Positions 127,155 through 142,143 of a DNA stretch of 248,000 bases are shown piece by piece. Position numbers and translations under genes: made by a program. A model generated the notes under the pieces. The model was not told the origin of the DNA. It ran no database searches and was given only the letters and a program-made list of their open reading frames with translations. This DNA is from Wallemia ichthyophaga EXF-994 (Eukaryota > Fungi > Basidiomycota): the NCBI RefSeq assembly GCF_000400465.1, contig NW_008806277.1, positions 20,001 through 268,000 on the forward strand, given 5' to 3'. The first letter of the stretch is position 1, and each line of letters starts with the position of its first letter.

Positions 127155-128964
127155 TTACTCCCCGAGACTAAATTGGGAAGTAGGACCGCCTGGCAAGTCC
127201 TTGAGAACAAAGGTTGCGACATCAGATCTGAGAATTGCAACATCAAGCATTTCAATGATGTGTTTGAGTTCTGCCAATCTATCTTGATCAGATTTGGCCA
127301 GAAGAGACGCGTCTTCCCTAACGTCTCTCCTGTCGGCTCTTGCAAGCACATCTGCTCTGATGCTTCTTTCGCGTCGCTTTCTCTCTATCAAATTGGCTAT
127401 AGTCTTGTACAGCTTAGCAGACAAAGCCAAATAGGCTTTGGGAAGATCAACATACCATAGGTAGAATGTACGATGCACAGCTCGGTCAGCAGATTTAGGC
127501 ACTTCCTGCAATTGAAGTAAACCGCTGGTCTGTAATTTGCCGATCGTCTCTCTAGTTTCTTTCATCGAGAGCAGCCCAAGAGTTGAGATATGTTTCTCTT
127601 CGAGCTTGCCTTTCTCCAAGACTATGTTGATGATACGCGCTGCTTCGTTTCCAAATTGCTCTCTGACTAAGCTGTCGACGAGTGATCTTTTGATACGAGC
127701 GCAAACGGTTTCATAGCAAACTTGGTATTCTTTACTAGTACCTGCTTTTTGCAAAAATCTGGTCGAAGCTCCTGCCGGTCCAGGGAAATCTTGAGATGAT
127801 AAGATTTGACAGTACTCAGTAATCAGCTTTACATGGTTGTCTTCTTTGTTGCTCAAAACTATGCCCTTTTTGAGGATGCTTTCCATCGGTGCGTATTTCG
127901 CTGCATGGTGGATTGGTATAGTCTCTGATAGTAGATCGTGAACGTTATTGTGAGTGTCTCTTTTGTTTTCCTCGGTAACTCTCAAGAATGCATCCACAAT
128001 TTTGCCAGACTGATCATTCCAGCGCTTGGCTGCTTCAGCAGCGATAAGCTGAGACTGTGCATTAGCAAGGCAAGACTTGTAATTTTAGACTCACTCGATT
128101 TCTCAGTCTGACGTTATAGTACTCGTAGTTAACACGGAAGTAGGCATTTTCCTGTATTTGATCAGCAAAGGCGATGGGGAGGTAGTCGCACATACGTCGA
128201 TCGAGTAGGAGTCTTCAGCCGAGTCTCCAGATTTATTCTTACGCTTCATACCAGCGCGTGTACCGTCATCCTGCATTGTATCACCACGCTCCTCTTGTAA
128301 CTCGCTGAACAACCTGCTAGCAGCCTGGTCTTTGATCATTTTGATATCTTTAGGGCCAAGGATGTGAGTCTTTGTGAAGGTACTCTGCTTAATCTCCTTT
128401 TCATATATGAGTGTTTTGTCTCTGGGACTGATGTGCATGTTTTTGGTTGATTTAGTAAGTGCAGCTGATCTGACGAGTTTAACGAGAACTCTCTTTTTCG
128501 TTGTGTCGCTGATTTCAGTTGATATTCTTGCGAGTAGATCGTGCGGACGCAATTTACCGTTGAGGAGTACAGTTGTGATCATTTCCGAAGCACATCTACT
128601 CTCCAGCTTATCTTTCAAGCTTTCTGCGGCGTAGACAATGTACCTCCCGAATCTAACTCTAGCGTGTATCTCGTCTGTGTTAGTTTCGTAGAATTCTTCG
128701 TTATCAGATTGACAATGCCACATGCAATTCTGCTGAATGAGAACCAAGAGTGCTGCTCGTACTTGCTTTGGTTTTAATGAAGTGTATCTCGCTATCAATG
128801 GCAATGGCAGTCTACCAAACTCCAGTACAACTTGGCCTACACGCTAGGAGCTGGCTGTTAGAAACTGGGACTACAGAATACTATGCAGCACTTACAGACA
128901 CTACTACACCAAAATCATTCTCTAAAATTATTCCACACAACCGAGAAGCCTCCTTGGTGACCAT
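127155..128964 (-). CDS. RPC82: RNA polymerase III subunit Rpc82/C62
   Basis: Winged-helix repeats; QEVPKSADR..TFYLW. Confidence 0.85.
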
Positions 128965-128994
128965 GTCCTCTTGGTCGCGACAAGTCAAGAAGAA

Positions 128995-130701
128995 ATGTCG
129001 TCAATCTACAAGGTATTTGGCGTGTACTAGTCTGTATGCTGCGCTCACGCCTCAATTCAGCCAAGTCTCGCAGATGTGCGCTCACTCGTACTCGATCAAC
129101 AGAAAGGGAATTGCGTACCTGTGTACACCAGCATACAAGCAGATCTACTTACGCCTGTAATCGCCTACTTGAAAATATCACAAAACTCAAATCACAGCTT
129201 CCTCCTCGAGAGTGTCGCTGCGAATGAGCGTAGCAGATACTCTTTCATTGGTGCTTGTGAGTTTGATAGTCATCGCGTATTTCCTTTAATCAATGTTTAA
129301 AGCCCCACTCAAGCTTATGAAATCTGGCCCAAATGAGGACATTTCTGGTGATCCTATGCCTGCACTTGAAGCGGAACTTGGAAAGTACAAATATGTTAAG
129401 GTCGATGGCTTGGACACCTTCACTGGTAGGACCTGTTGGGTTTTCATGTACAAAGCTAACGATGCCTGGCTCAGGCGGTGCTGTTGGCTACGTCGCTTAC
129501 GATTGTGTTCACCACTTCGAACCAAAGACAAAAAGAGAACTCAAAGATCCACTCGGGATCCCTGAATCTATGTTCATGATCTGTGACACTATTCTTGTCT
129601 TCGATCATGTTTTCCAGAAAGTCCAAGTTGTTAGTCATGTCAATGTTCCAGATAACTGCAATGAAGTCACCCTTCAAGCCAAGTACGCTGTAGCAATTGA
129701 CAAGATTAGAAAGACTGTTGAATTGCTAGAGGATCAGCAAATGCCTAGGGGTCCTTACCAGCCAATGATTGGTCAATCCGGTGAAGCTTTCAGTAACGTC
129801 GGTAAGACCGGATACGAGGGCTTCGTTACATCTCTCAAGGAACACATCAACAAGGGTAACATCATCCAAGCTGTACCTTCACAAAGACTAGCAAGACCGA
129901 CGCAGCTTCACCCATTCAACGTTTATAGACACCTGCGCACTGTCAACCCATCCCCCCACATGTTCTATCTTGATTTCAACGGTGATAGCCCAGAAGGTGT
130001 AAGGTTTGTGGGTGCTTCACCTGAAACGCTCTGCAGGGTAGAGAACAACAAGGTGTTTAACCACGCAATTGCTGGTACTGTCAAAAGAGGTAAAACTAAA
130101 GAGGAAGATGAGAGGCTGGGAGAAGAGTTATCTCAATCTGAAAAGGATAGAGCTGAGCACATTATGCTTGTCGATTTGGCGAGAAATGACGTCAACAGAG
130201 TCTGTAAACCAGAGACTGTCAATGTCGACGAGCTGATGAAGGTCGAAAGATTCTCTCACGTCATCCACCTAACTTCACAGATATCTGGACAGCTGCGTGA
130301 AGGAAAGTCTCGCTTCGATGCTTTCAGATCCATCTTTCCAGCTGGGACCGTGTCCGGTGCACCAAAAGTCAAGGCAATGGAGCTGATCGGTGAGCTGGAG
130401 GGTGAACGCAGAGGAATATACGCCGGTGCAGCTGGTAGATTTGATTTTGCAGATAATGAAATGGATACGTGTATCGCTATCCGCACCATGACATTTAAAG
130501 ATGGCGTAGCATACCTGCAAGCAGGTGGTGGGATTGTGTATGACAGTGTTGAAGAGGACGAGTATATCGAGACTATAAACAAGCTTATGGGTAACGTCAA
130601 ATGCATAGATCAAGCCGAAGGTAGGTTGTTGTTTTCCGCGTTTGCCTGATACTTCTAACACGCACACAGAATACTATCGTATGCTTAACGGTGAACTATA
130701 A
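128995..130701 (+). CDS. TRP2: Anthranilate synthase component I
   Basis: [28 protein letters not shown]. Confidence 0.95.
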
Positions 130702-130799
130702 AAAGGACGCTATGTAATTAATGTATGAATACAGATAACATGGAAACATGGCCGTGCTCGATGGATGCGCGATGGTGAAAATTTCCCAAACATCACCAC

Positions 130800-131579
130800 T
130801 CATCTGCCTAATATCTGGGCAGCCTTTCCAATAATACCTTTTTTTTCAAGTACACGCTCGACGGCACGCTCAACAAAGCCTTCCAATGCGATTCGCTTTC
130901 CCTGTGGCGTGCTCTTGCCCTCTCCATCAACGTTCTCAGCCTCTTCGAAGAGAGCTTCGACTGCATTTTCTACGTACTTGCCAACCATATCGACTTCAAG
131001 GTTGACGGTATTGCCTGGCTTCTTGGCAGAGAGGGTAATTTGAGATTGTGTGTAGGGTATGAGCATCACTCCGAAGCTCTTTTCGCGAGTATCGACGTGT
131101 GTGACGGTGAGAGAAGCACCATCTATAGTGATATAACCTTTAGGAATGATATAAGGTGCAATGTTATCTTTACCGTGTTGCTTCGGTGGAATTTCCATCT
131201 TGTAGCGCAACGACGCGCCATCGCTATCGACCTGCATAATGCGCGTAGTGGTATCGACGTGGCCCTGAACAATATGACCACCCAGTCTAGTCCCGACTTG
131301 CATTGCCCTTTCGAGGTTCACCTCATCGCCAACTCTCAGCTCGCCAAGGTTCGTGCGCTGTAAAGTTTCCGGGGCTAAACCGACTTTGAAGCAAGTGGAT
131401 TCGAAGCTTACAACGGTAAGGCAGGTGCCATTTATAGCGATACTGTCACCGTTGTGGCAGTCACTGAGTAAATCGTGCGTGGTGCTGAGTAAAACACTCC
131501 AGCCACCATTCTCAGATTCATCCATCTGCTCAATTCTTTGTACTTTGCCTACAGCCTCAATTAAACCAGTGAAAACCAT
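130800..131579 (-). CDS. RIB5: Riboflavin synthase
   Basis: MVFTGL, GDSIAINGTCLTV, GGHIVQGHVD. Confidence 0.95.
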   Translation of the reverse strand: MVFTGLIEAVGKVQRIEQMDESENGGWSVLLSTTHDLLSDCHNGDSIAINGTCLTVVSFESTCFKVGLAPETLQRTNLGELRVGDEVNLERAMQVGTRLGGHIVQGHVDTTTRIMQVDSDGASLRYKMEIPPKQHGKDNIAPYIIPKGYITIDGASLTVTHVDTREKSFGVMLIPYTQSQITLSAKKPGNTVNLEVDMVGKYVENAVEALFEEAENVDGEGKSTPQGKRIALEGFVERAVERVLEKKGIIGKAAQILGR

Positions 131580-131696
131580 TTCGCTGTGAGTGAGTGTGCT
131601 GAGCCAAGAGCCAACGTCAACTTGATGATATGCGTGTTATTGAAATATTTGTGGATTTAATTCATTTCTTTATTCTTAACCACCAACAGCTATCAA

Positions 131697-133753
131697 ATGT
131701 CAACAGCAACGGCAACACCAGCAATCCCGGCGACAACGAGAGATGAAGCAACTCAGAGCAACTACGAGGAGATTTCATCCACGCATCTCCATTTAGACTG
131801 GCAAATCGTCTGGGAGATGTCCGAGATAACCGGTGTCGTCACTCACTCACTGGTTGCGCACAAGCACGGCGTGCATGAGGTGCACTTAGATACGAGTTAT
131901 TTGAAAATACGCCGTGTTTCCACTGCAAGGCATAATCAAAGTCTCAACTTCAAATTGCAACAGCGAGATGCCACAATGGGGAACAAATTGGTTATCTACC
132001 TCCCACACAAGCTCAACGAGAGTGAAACGATTGATATCACAATCAACTACTCGACCACCAAGTATTGCACTGCACTGGCTTGGCTTGGGAAAGCCCAGAC
132101 TACTGGTGGTGACTACCCCTACGTCTACAGTCAGTGTGAAGCAATTCACGCTAGATCACTCGTCCCCTGCCAAGACACGCCTGCGCGCAAGTTTACCTAC
132201 TCTTCCAAGGTCAGAAGCACCCTACCTGCCCTCATGTCAGCTCTGAGAGTGGCACCTGCGAAAGACACGCCATTAGATGAGTTGCTTGGGAAAGACGTCG
132301 TTTATGAGTATAACCAGCCCATCCCAATGCCCTCATATCTGATTGCAATCGCGTCTGGGAAGCTAGCCTTTAAGTCTTTCGATGTACCAAGCGGTGTGGT
132401 GTGGAACGCGGGTGTATGGACCGAACCAGAGTAAGTTTGAGCCAAAACTACTATTCGCAACTTCCTAAACATTTCTCAGACTTCTTACGTCGTCTTACGA
132501 CGAATTCAATGAAGACATACCAAAGTATATCCAAAAAGCAGAACACTTGACTGGTTCAGAGTATGCGTGGGGGACATACGATATTCTCGTCCAGCCAAAA
132601 AGCGCACCATTCGGAGGTATGGAGAATGTCTGTCTTACATTCGCAACACCAACTCTCCTTGCTGGAGATAGAAGCCTGACGGACGTGTTAGCGCACGAGA
132701 TTAGTCACTCGACATTCGGCAATGACATCACTTGTTGTCAATGGAACCACTTCTGGGTCAACGAAGGCTTCACAACGTACATGGAAAGACTCATCTTGCA
132801 GTTCATGCATTCAAAAGCAGATCGCGACTTCTCATACATTATCGGAAGGAAGGCCTTGCAAGAAAGTCTGGAGGAGATGGAAAACGAGCGCAGATACCAG
132901 AAATTGGTCATACCTTACCGCGCTGGAGAAGATCCAGATGATGGGTTTTCCAGCGTACCTTGTGAGTTTGTGTCATTTTGAGTGCTCCTCTAACACTCAA
133001 GCTAGACGACAAAGGCGCAAATTTCCTCTACTACCTTGAAAAGACTGTTGGAGGCTTAGACGTGTTCCTGCCATTCGTCAGGAGCTATGTTCAGACATTC
133101 AAAGGAAAGAGCATTGCTACTGCAGACTTTCACACACATCTATTTGATTTCTTCAGTGGAGATAAGGCGGCAACGGAGCAACTCGACAAGGTTGATTTTG
133201 ACGCTTGGTACAATGGCACAGGATTGGTAGGTAATAGCTTTTGCGAGCTATGATACTAAAATATAAGCAGTCCCTGCCAGTCGAGTTGGACTACGATACA
133301 TCATTAGCTGATGCTGCCTTTGATTTGTCGGACAGGTGGAATCAAAGGCGCAACGCAAGTAGCAAAGAGTTAGAATCAACCTTTCACGCAGACGATATAA
133401 AAAACTTCAACTCGAACCAAAAGGTGGTGTTTTTGGAGAAGTTGCAGTCCTATCCAGCATTCAAAGAGGAGGTACCGAAAGCCATTGCTAAGGTGTACGG
133501 TTTCGATGAGGCACAGAATGCTGAAATAAGATTCAGATTCTACATCCTCGCTCTCAACTGTGGTAAGACTTATGCTAAAGCTGCGGCAGAATGGGTAGCA
133601 CACCAAGGTAGAATGAAGTTCTGCAGACCGTTATTCAGATCGTTGAACAAGGTTGATAGCTCACTAGCTTTGAAGACGTTTAAAGACAATGAGAACTTCT
133701 ATCACCCAATTGCAGCCAAGCAGATTAGAAGAGATTTGAAGTTGGATAAGTGA
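131697..133753 (+). CDS. LAP2: Leukotriene A4 hydrolase/M1 aminopeptidase
   Basis: GGMEN, HEISHS..NEG. Confidence 0.9.
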
Positions 133754-133824
133754 ATGCTATTTGACTGCTATGCAATAATGTATAAATCAATACAGGAAGA
133801 AACATTACAATTTAAGTTTTGCTA

Positions 133825-135605
133825 TTACTTGCTACCAGGCAACTTGTCGCCTTGTTGTGGAATATGTGTGAAAGCGCCTTTTGCAAACCACTTATCATTC
133901 GCCGCTTTGAGTTTACGCTCATTCTCGGCGTTTTGATTAGGATTAGCCAACTCAATACCCTGGAATGGAGTAATGGACAGACTAGACGCAGTACCACTAG
134001 TTGCTGTTCCTGAAGTTGCCTTCGATGGACCACCTAGCAATTGAGTGCGAATTTTATTTTGTTTGCTCATTTTAGCTCTACTTTTAGAATCAATTGCACT
134101 AGCTCTCAATTTACCAGATTCTTTGCCCAGCATACCGAGACCTCTAGTCTCACCACCGAAAGCATCAGTCTCTTGCTCTTGTTCACCAAATTTGACGCGG
134201 TTGCTGAGTTGACGGAGCTCTGTCATACCATATGCTTCCTTAGCTTTACGTGCTCTTCTTCCACCCCTCCTCTTCTTCTTTCCGTCTTCGGATGGTACTG
134301 GAAGTGCTTTTGTTACTTTCAAAGGAGGAGGTTCAGCCATTTTTTCGAAATGCTTTTCTAGTTTAGTTCTTAGCATATCTCCGTAGTTGCCTTCTTTGCT
134401 ACCACCCTCGAGGTCCACTCTAGCGGCTAAGACCACCTTACCGGAAACAGTGCGCTGAGCTTTAAGCTTGTGTTCTGGTTCGCAAGACTGCACAAGATCA
134501 GACTGGAAAATGAAACCAGTATGTCTGTTCATAGTTGCTGTGGATTGGCCTGTCGGTGTCTTCTTCATAGCACCTAGGAGGTAGACATTACACGAAGGCA
134601 TCTTAGCTAAAGCTTGCAGACCACCCGCTACACCTATCAGCTTTGCTGCGGTTGTCGTACCAACGATAGCAGACACGTTGGGCGAGAGTATATTCATACG
134701 CGACTGAACATATTCGAATATCTGAAGGTAGTGAGTGAGTGTGAGTGTGAGTGTGGTGAAGTAATGCAAATATATTCACCTTCCGTTTGGCATCTTCTAG
134801 CTCTTTGTGCACTTGACATGCAGCGTCTACTCTGTGCCACTCGTCGTGCGATAATTGACGACCATCTGCAGTTGTAGCGCTGACAGTAATGACCATGATA
134901 GTATGGCCTTTAACGACATCCTTCAGTGGAGCTTGTGAAATGTCTTGCAAGTTTCCAATAGCTTGTACAACGCGTAAGTAGACTGTAGGTTCTGGTACGA
135001 GAGTGTCTAGACCGGGAAACTTAGCGTGATAGTGATCTCTAACGAATTTGTGTACGATGAGAAGCTCATTATCAACCTCGACAGCTAAATTGTTAGCTTT
135101 AACGATGATATCGTATTCAGGGTTATCGGCGAGTGAACCACCTTTGACAAGCTTTGGGTGAAGGAGGAATTCGTCAATGCCCTGATGATTTGTTAGTGAG
135201 TTGTAAAAGGATAGACTGGTGACTCACCTCAAGTACGTCTTTCATGCGCTTTGAGGATGTTAGAGGTGCTACTTTCCTGACATCTAGAACCTTTTCAAGC
135301 TTGAAGCCTTCAACAGCTTCTGCATCAAGCTCATCTGCTGGTCTGACACCACCTGTTGGTACGTATAGCTGACCATCCTGGAGTTGTACCTGGTTTGGAT
135401 CTTTGGGTTGGTCATCTTGATCCATTTTCACATCGTCCTGATCAGCTCTTAGTGGGGATATTGCTGATCTTTTGCCATTTCCATTTGTGGTTGTGGTTGT
135501 GGCAGTGGCAGTGTCTTCTCCAGTGGCATCTTCACCGGCATCACCGGTTTCTTCATCAGATAAGCCATCTAGATCGTCGATAAGCTCTTGTGCGAGTGAC
135601 TGATA
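133825..135605 (-). CDS. PRP31: U4/U6 snRNP protein Prp31
   Basis: NOP domain, [14 protein letters not shown]. Confidence 0.9.
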
Positions 135606-136246
135606 GGCTGTTAGGTGGTTTAATCGGTAAAAGCGCTGAGACAGACCATCAAGAACGATCGATGATGAAAGTTCGGGACCAAAGATAATCAGAGATAGCG
135701 GGAAGGGGGAGTGATTGATGAGATGTAGTTTATTCAAGTCCTCGTGGTCGTTTCAATAACCCTAATCAATAGGATATCAATGGCATTGAGATGATTAAAG
135801 TTATAGACACAAACTAACAACGTAGATTGATGTTATTTAGTTTTGTAATGTATATCTATCAATATTTTTACAAAATCCGCGCCGAATAAAGCCAAAAAGT
135901 AGCATCGGAGATAATCGCGTTTATTTGAGGTACGCGGGTAATAAAGGGTATTTTGAGGGGAATGGAGGTGGATTAGAGGTGAATTCGAGTATAAATACGT
136001 AATTTCTAAGTAATACATTGTAATTTATAATCAATGGTATCCAAAATCCAGTCAAATGATATTCAAATGACGTTATTACGACGCCAAAAGCGTATTAACG
136101 AAGGGAATGAGAGCAAAATTGGGATAAGTATGGTTTAATAGAGGCTGGTATTGTATAAAACTCAAAACCAATCTCCCCCGAACAAATTACATAAACACTG
136201 AAATTTGATTCGTGAGGCTCAAACTTGTTTCATTAAAACATCCAAC

Positions 136247-138783
136247 ATGTTCTCACGCGGTGTAAGAAACTTGCGGCAATTCGCCACCCAAGCCAAACGT
136301 ATTGGTGATCAGAAGGTGGATATGTCCTTGATGTGAGTACTTGAGTATTCCTTGGTCGCTGATCCTGATCTCACTCCAAATCCAGCGAAGCAGGTCAAGG
136401 CAAGTACATTAATTACCAAGTGAGTTTCGTTTGAATCTAGTAAGAATCCCCGCTTACTCATTTACAGCGCATCGAAGACAACCTCAACGTTGTTCGTTCT
136501 CGGTGAGATTTACCGTAGCCGTCTAACCAATCAAATCTTACCAATTACCAGCCTCAATCGTCCTCTCACTCTCTCCGAGAAGATCGTCTACGGCCACTTG
136601 GACAACCCAGAAGAACAAGATATCGAAAGAGGAAAGTCTTACCTGAAGCTTCGTCCGGATGTGAGCAACTCAGCCAATCAGATGTTCTTAATTTCTAACC
136701 CGTTTTACAGCGCGTTGCTTGCCAAGATGCTACTGCTCAAATGGCTCTCCTTCAATTCATGTCTGCTGGTCTCCCAACCACAGCTGTACCAACTACCGTC
136801 CACTGTGATCACTTGATCGAGGCTCAAGTTGGCGGTGTTGCCGACTTGGCCCGTGCCAACGACCTCAACAAAGAAGTTTTCGACTTCTTGTCAACCGCTA
136901 CTCAGAAGTACGGTATTGGCTTCTGGAAGCCTGGTTCTGGTATCATTCACCAAATCGTTCTTGAAAACTACGCCACTCCTGGTTTACTCATGATTGGTAC
137001 TGACTCCCACACTCCAAACGCCGGTGGTCTCGGTATGGTTGCCGTGGGTGTTGGTGGTGCTGACGCTGTTGACGTCATGGCAAACCTCCCATGGGAATTA
137101 AAGTGTCCAAAGGTTATCGGTGTTAAGCTTGAAGGTAAAATGAGTGGTTGGACTACTCCAAAAGATATCATTCTCAAGGTCGCTGGTATTCTCACCGTTA
137201 AAGGTGGTACCGGTGCTATCATCGAATACTTTGGTCCAGGTGTTGACTCGTTATCTTGCACTGGTATGGCAACCATCTGTAACATGGGTGCTGAAATTGG
137301 TGCTACCACCTCTCTCTTCCAATTCAACGATCGTATGACTTCATACTTGACTGCAACTGGTCGTAAAGCTCAAGCTGACTACGCTAAACAATTCGCTCCA
137401 AACCTCGTACGTGACCAAGACGCTGAATACGATCAAACTATCACCATCGACCTTAACGAGCTTGAACCACACATCAATGGTCCATACACTCCTGATCTTG
137501 CAACTCCACTCTCTCAATTTGCTGGTGAAGTTAAGAAGAACAACTGGCCACAAGAACTCAAAGTTGCCTTGATCGGTTCATGTACTAACTCTTCATACGA
137601 GGACATGACTCGTTCAGCTTCTATCGCCAAGGAGGCACACGACGCTGGTTTGTCTGCCAAATCTAGATTCACAATCACTCCTGGTTCTGAGCAAATTCGT
137701 GCAACCATCTCTAGAGACGGTGTTATTGAGAACTTTGAAGAAGTTGGTGGTATCGTTCTTGCCAACGCATGTGGTCCATGTATCGGTCAATGGGATCGTC
137801 AAGATGTTAAGAAGGGTGAAGCAAACTCTATCATCACTTCTTACAACCGTAACTTTACTGGTCGTAACGATGCCAACCCAGGTACCCACGCCTTTGTTGC
137901 TTCCCCAGACCTTGTCACTGCCATGGCCTTCGCTGGTGATCTCACCTTCAACCCAATGAAGGACACCCTCAAGACTGAAGATGGCAAGGACTTTAGATTC
138001 TCCGACCCAGCTGGTTATGAACTTCCACCAAAAGGCTATACCGCTGGTGAGAATACCTTCCAACCACCATCAGAGCACCCAGAACAAGTTTCGGTCGCTG
138101 TTGATCCAAACTCACAACGTTTGCAACTTCTTGAGCCATTCGACAAGTGGAATGGTGAAGACCCACAAGATCTCCCAGTTCTTATCAAAACTCGTGGTAA
138201 GTGTACCACTGATCACATCTCAGCTGCTGGTCCATGGTTGAAATACAGAGGTCACTTGCAAAACATCTCACAAAACTGTCTGATTGGTGCAATTAACGAC
138301 GCCAATGGCAAGGCTAACTCTGTAGAGAACCTTGAGACTGGTGAGTGGGGCCCAGTTCCAACTGTTGGAGCTTGGTACCGTGACCACGGCATAAAGTGGG
138401 TTGTTGTTGGTGATAACAACTACGGTGAAGGATCATCTAGAGAACATGCCGCACTTGAGCCTCGCTACTTGGGTGGTACAGCTGTCATTACCAAGTCTTT
138501 TGCTCGTATTCACGAAGCCAACCTCAAAAAGCAAGGTATGCTTGCTCTCAACTTTAAGAACGAGGCAGACTACGATAAGGTGCAACCAAACGACAAGATC
138601 TCTTTGAAGGGTGTTAAGGACAACTTCCACCCAGGATCTGAGCTCACCATGGTATGCAAGCACAAGGATGGCTCTGTTGATGAGTTCCCATTAACACACA
138701 CATACAACCAAGAGCAGATCCAATGGTTCATCAACGGCTCAGCTCTTAACTTGATGAAGGCTCAAGCTGAGGGTAAGGCTTAA
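136247..138783 (+). CDS. ACO1: Mitochondrial aconitase
   Basis: [32 protein letters not shown]. Confidence 0.97.
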
Positions 138784-138979
138784 AAGATGAACATAGTATA
138801 AGCGCATTAATCTGTTTTTCTAATTATTTACACTGATTTTACTTATTCTAACTTTGTATTGAATTATACACAAACAATATGTAACCTAAGAGCAGTTGTA
138901 TAGTGCGCAGTTTGTTATAAGATGAAAAGCGTGCAGTGTATTGTAAGATGAAAATATAGTGGTATCCTTCTATATTAAA

Positions 138980-140189
138980 TTACAGTAGAGTTTCCAGTCG
139001 AACACCTTGGTCTAGTACCCGCGACAGCTTAATAACGCGTTCCTTGAGAGAAAGTTGTCGCAAAGCCATTATTTTTTCTATTGCGTGAAGTTGAAATTTG
139101 AGTTTATGGGAAGCGGAAACCTTGATAGTGATAGCGGCAGCGGACAAAGACTCTAAGAAAGTCTTGAAGCATCTGTCATCCCGAGCGAAGACGTATGTGG
139201 GTATAGGTTCACCCTGTTGGTAGAAACATAGAACTTGTGACCAACAAGCCATCATGACTAGATCAGCTATACCATTACTGAGGTAGTCATCCAGACTGGC
139301 AATCGTAGATGCACTCTTATCTAATCTCCATGTAGCGAACTTTCTCAGTTCATCGGTTGCTGTTTGGACAGGTTTGCTGAGTTGAGGGTGGTTTAGAGCT
139401 GCTGCGACGAGTTGAGTAGCATCGTTGATGAATTTGTCGCCCTCTTTGGTGCGTCAGCGGGTGCTACTCGGAGAATCGCAAAACTTACCACTCATAACGA
139501 GAGTTTGGAGGTAGGAAGCGAGGAGATCAGTCTGTTGGTGGAGTGAGATAGGATTGAGATGTGCATATAGGCGAGCTACCTACCTGACCAGTTGACAAAC
139601 CATGATCAATGGCTAGTTTTAAGTTTGTTCTTAAACTCTTGAGTATATCGCGGTTTTCAGCGGTTTTGAGGGTGTTTTCATCCATAGTGTTAACCCATTT
139701 GGACATTGCACCGACGAGGACAATAGCGATACCGTCATACTCTTTACCAAGTCTCATAGCATGGACTAGTGGGGTAGTCCCGCCGACCTTCTTCAAAAGA
139801 AGTTGGAAGGAGTGATCACGGCATGTCATGATGAACATGATGTCCTTTGTTTCAATAGCTTTGAATAACTCCCAAGGCATCAAAGGTCGCTTTGGTTTGG
139901 TTGTAAGTTCACTCGATTTCTTTACAAGTTTCTTGCCAATTGGGCTGATTGAAGAGCCTTGTAAACTATTAGTCAACGCCTCATTTAAATTTGATTGCTG
140001 GTGCTTCACGGATATTTCACATTTGGATATAGCATCATACTCTAATGACTTGAGCGGCGGCAACTGCTTGGGAAGTGTATAGAGAGAAGGCAAAATATTA
140101 TTTATCTTATCAGGAATTGGATTGATAACTAATCTGCCGTCATCGATATCGTTATCTGGATTATCCAATAGATATTGATAGTTGGCCAT
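138980..140189 (-). CDS. Conserved basidiomycete hypothetical protein (introns)
   Basis: PWELFKAIETKDIMFIM; continuous exons. Confidence 0.55.
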
Positions 140190-140218
140190 TAACGAGTACT
140201 TCTTCACCGTCCACCATC

Positions 140219-142143
140219 ATGTACGATAAATTGAGACTGTAAGTTAATTCTATTAGATTATGTTAACTCCCTCATATCCATTGAACAGCCTGTCTTCCAA
140301 ACAAGCGTACACTCTCGAGCCTCTCAGTGGCACTGGACAGTCACTCACCATCGATAGAGCTACTCGTGAATTAAATCTAGTAAACTCGCCCAAGGATGTA
140401 CACAGTGATGTTGATAGCGTCATCACACTATACGGTATACTCGGTATTATTCACCTCTCCACTACTCCGTTCCTCATTGCTATCAGCGACCGTGAACTCG
140501 CTGGTACAATCAATGGCTGTGATGTTTACAGAGCCACTGACTTTAAAATGTTCCCTATAGACCGCTCTTCCACTCTGTCTGAAATCCTTAAACATCCCGT
140601 CGACGGTGTTTTACTAGGTCTACTCAAAGATCACTTTAGAGACGGTAACTTCTTCTTTTCTCATTCTTTCGACGTTACAAGCAGTTTACAGAGGCAGCAA
140701 CGACACAACCAAGGGCCACTCCATCACAGATCGGACGATCGCTTCTTTTGGAACAAGTTCCTTCAAATGCCTTTGCTGGAATCTGAGCTTGATCTCAGCA
140801 AATTTATCCTCCCTGTCATCTACGGCTTCCTCGAGATTAAGCCAACGAGTATCTTCGGTCAACCCCTCTCCATTACCCTGATTGCAAGAAGATGCAGATA
140901 CAGAGCAGGTACTCGTTATTTTAGCAGGGGTATAGATAGTCATGGAAATGTTTCAAATTTCAACGAAACTGAGCAGATTGTACAAATCGGCAATAATACT
141001 CTCTACTCACACGTACAATGCAGAGGTTCTGTGCCTATTTATTGGTCAGAGATCAACACTCTCAGATACAAGCCTGATCTTCAAATAATGGACTTACCTC
141101 AGATAACTGAGTCTCTCAGACTACACCTCAGCTCACTCGTTGACCACTATGGCAAGGTCACCTGCATCAACCTTGTCAATCAAAAGGGTTATGAAAAGCC
141201 AGTTAAGGAGTGGTTCGAAGCTGCGCTTGACAAGATTGACCACCCCAACACTGATTACTTGTACTTTGACTTCCACAGCGAATGCAGCAAGATGCGTTGG
141301 GACAGAATCCAGATCCTGATTGATCGCCTAGATGATGACCTAAAAGCACAAGGCTATTTCAAGAAGGATGCTCAAACCGTATCTAATACCCAACAGAGTG
141401 TCTTCAGAACCAACTGCATGGATTGTCTCGATCGCACCAATGTAGTACAGAGCGCAGTGGCTAGAGTTGTACTCACTGCACAGCTCGCTGACGCTAATTT
141501 GATCGGACCTAGCGATCAGCTCAGTGATGATATTGGATTCAATTATCTCTTCAGAAATATCTGGGCTGACCACGCAGATGCTGTCTCCGTCACTTACAGC
141601 GGCACGGGCGCACTCAAGACCGACTTCACCCGCACAGGTAGACGTACACTCCAAGGAGCGTTCTGGGATTTAGTCAACAGCATAACGAGGTACATTAAAA
141701 ACAATTACTACGACGGCAGTAGACAGGATGCGTTTGATTTTGTGCTCGGCGCTTGGTCACCTCGTGTGTCAAATCCACGTGCTGTGATCAAAGACGACAG
141801 GTCTGCAATAACGAAAGCCGTGCCTTATGTACTGACATATTCACTCCTCGTGCTCATTTCGGGTGTTGTGTTGCCGAAAGAGAGAGGAAGATCACTGCTT
141901 ACGTTCTACCTCCTCTTCTCTAACCTCGTCGCACTCTCGTCCGTGTACCTAGTCGCGAACGGCAGGGAGTACGTCGCATGGCCTAAACTCAACCCTCTAG
142001 ACAGTATCATCAACTATAAAGGACCGGGTTATAGAGGCGCCATGCACGGTAGAGGCTTCGCTTGGGGCGTTGGATCTAGCGGCTTGCGCAGCCAGAGTGC
142101 TTCCTCTGTCGATGAGATCGAGATGGGTAAGAAGGCTAGTTAG
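140219..142143 (+). CDS. SAC1: Phosphoinositide phosphatase Sac1
   Basis: RTNCMDCLDRTN; C-terminal TMs. Confidence 0.93.
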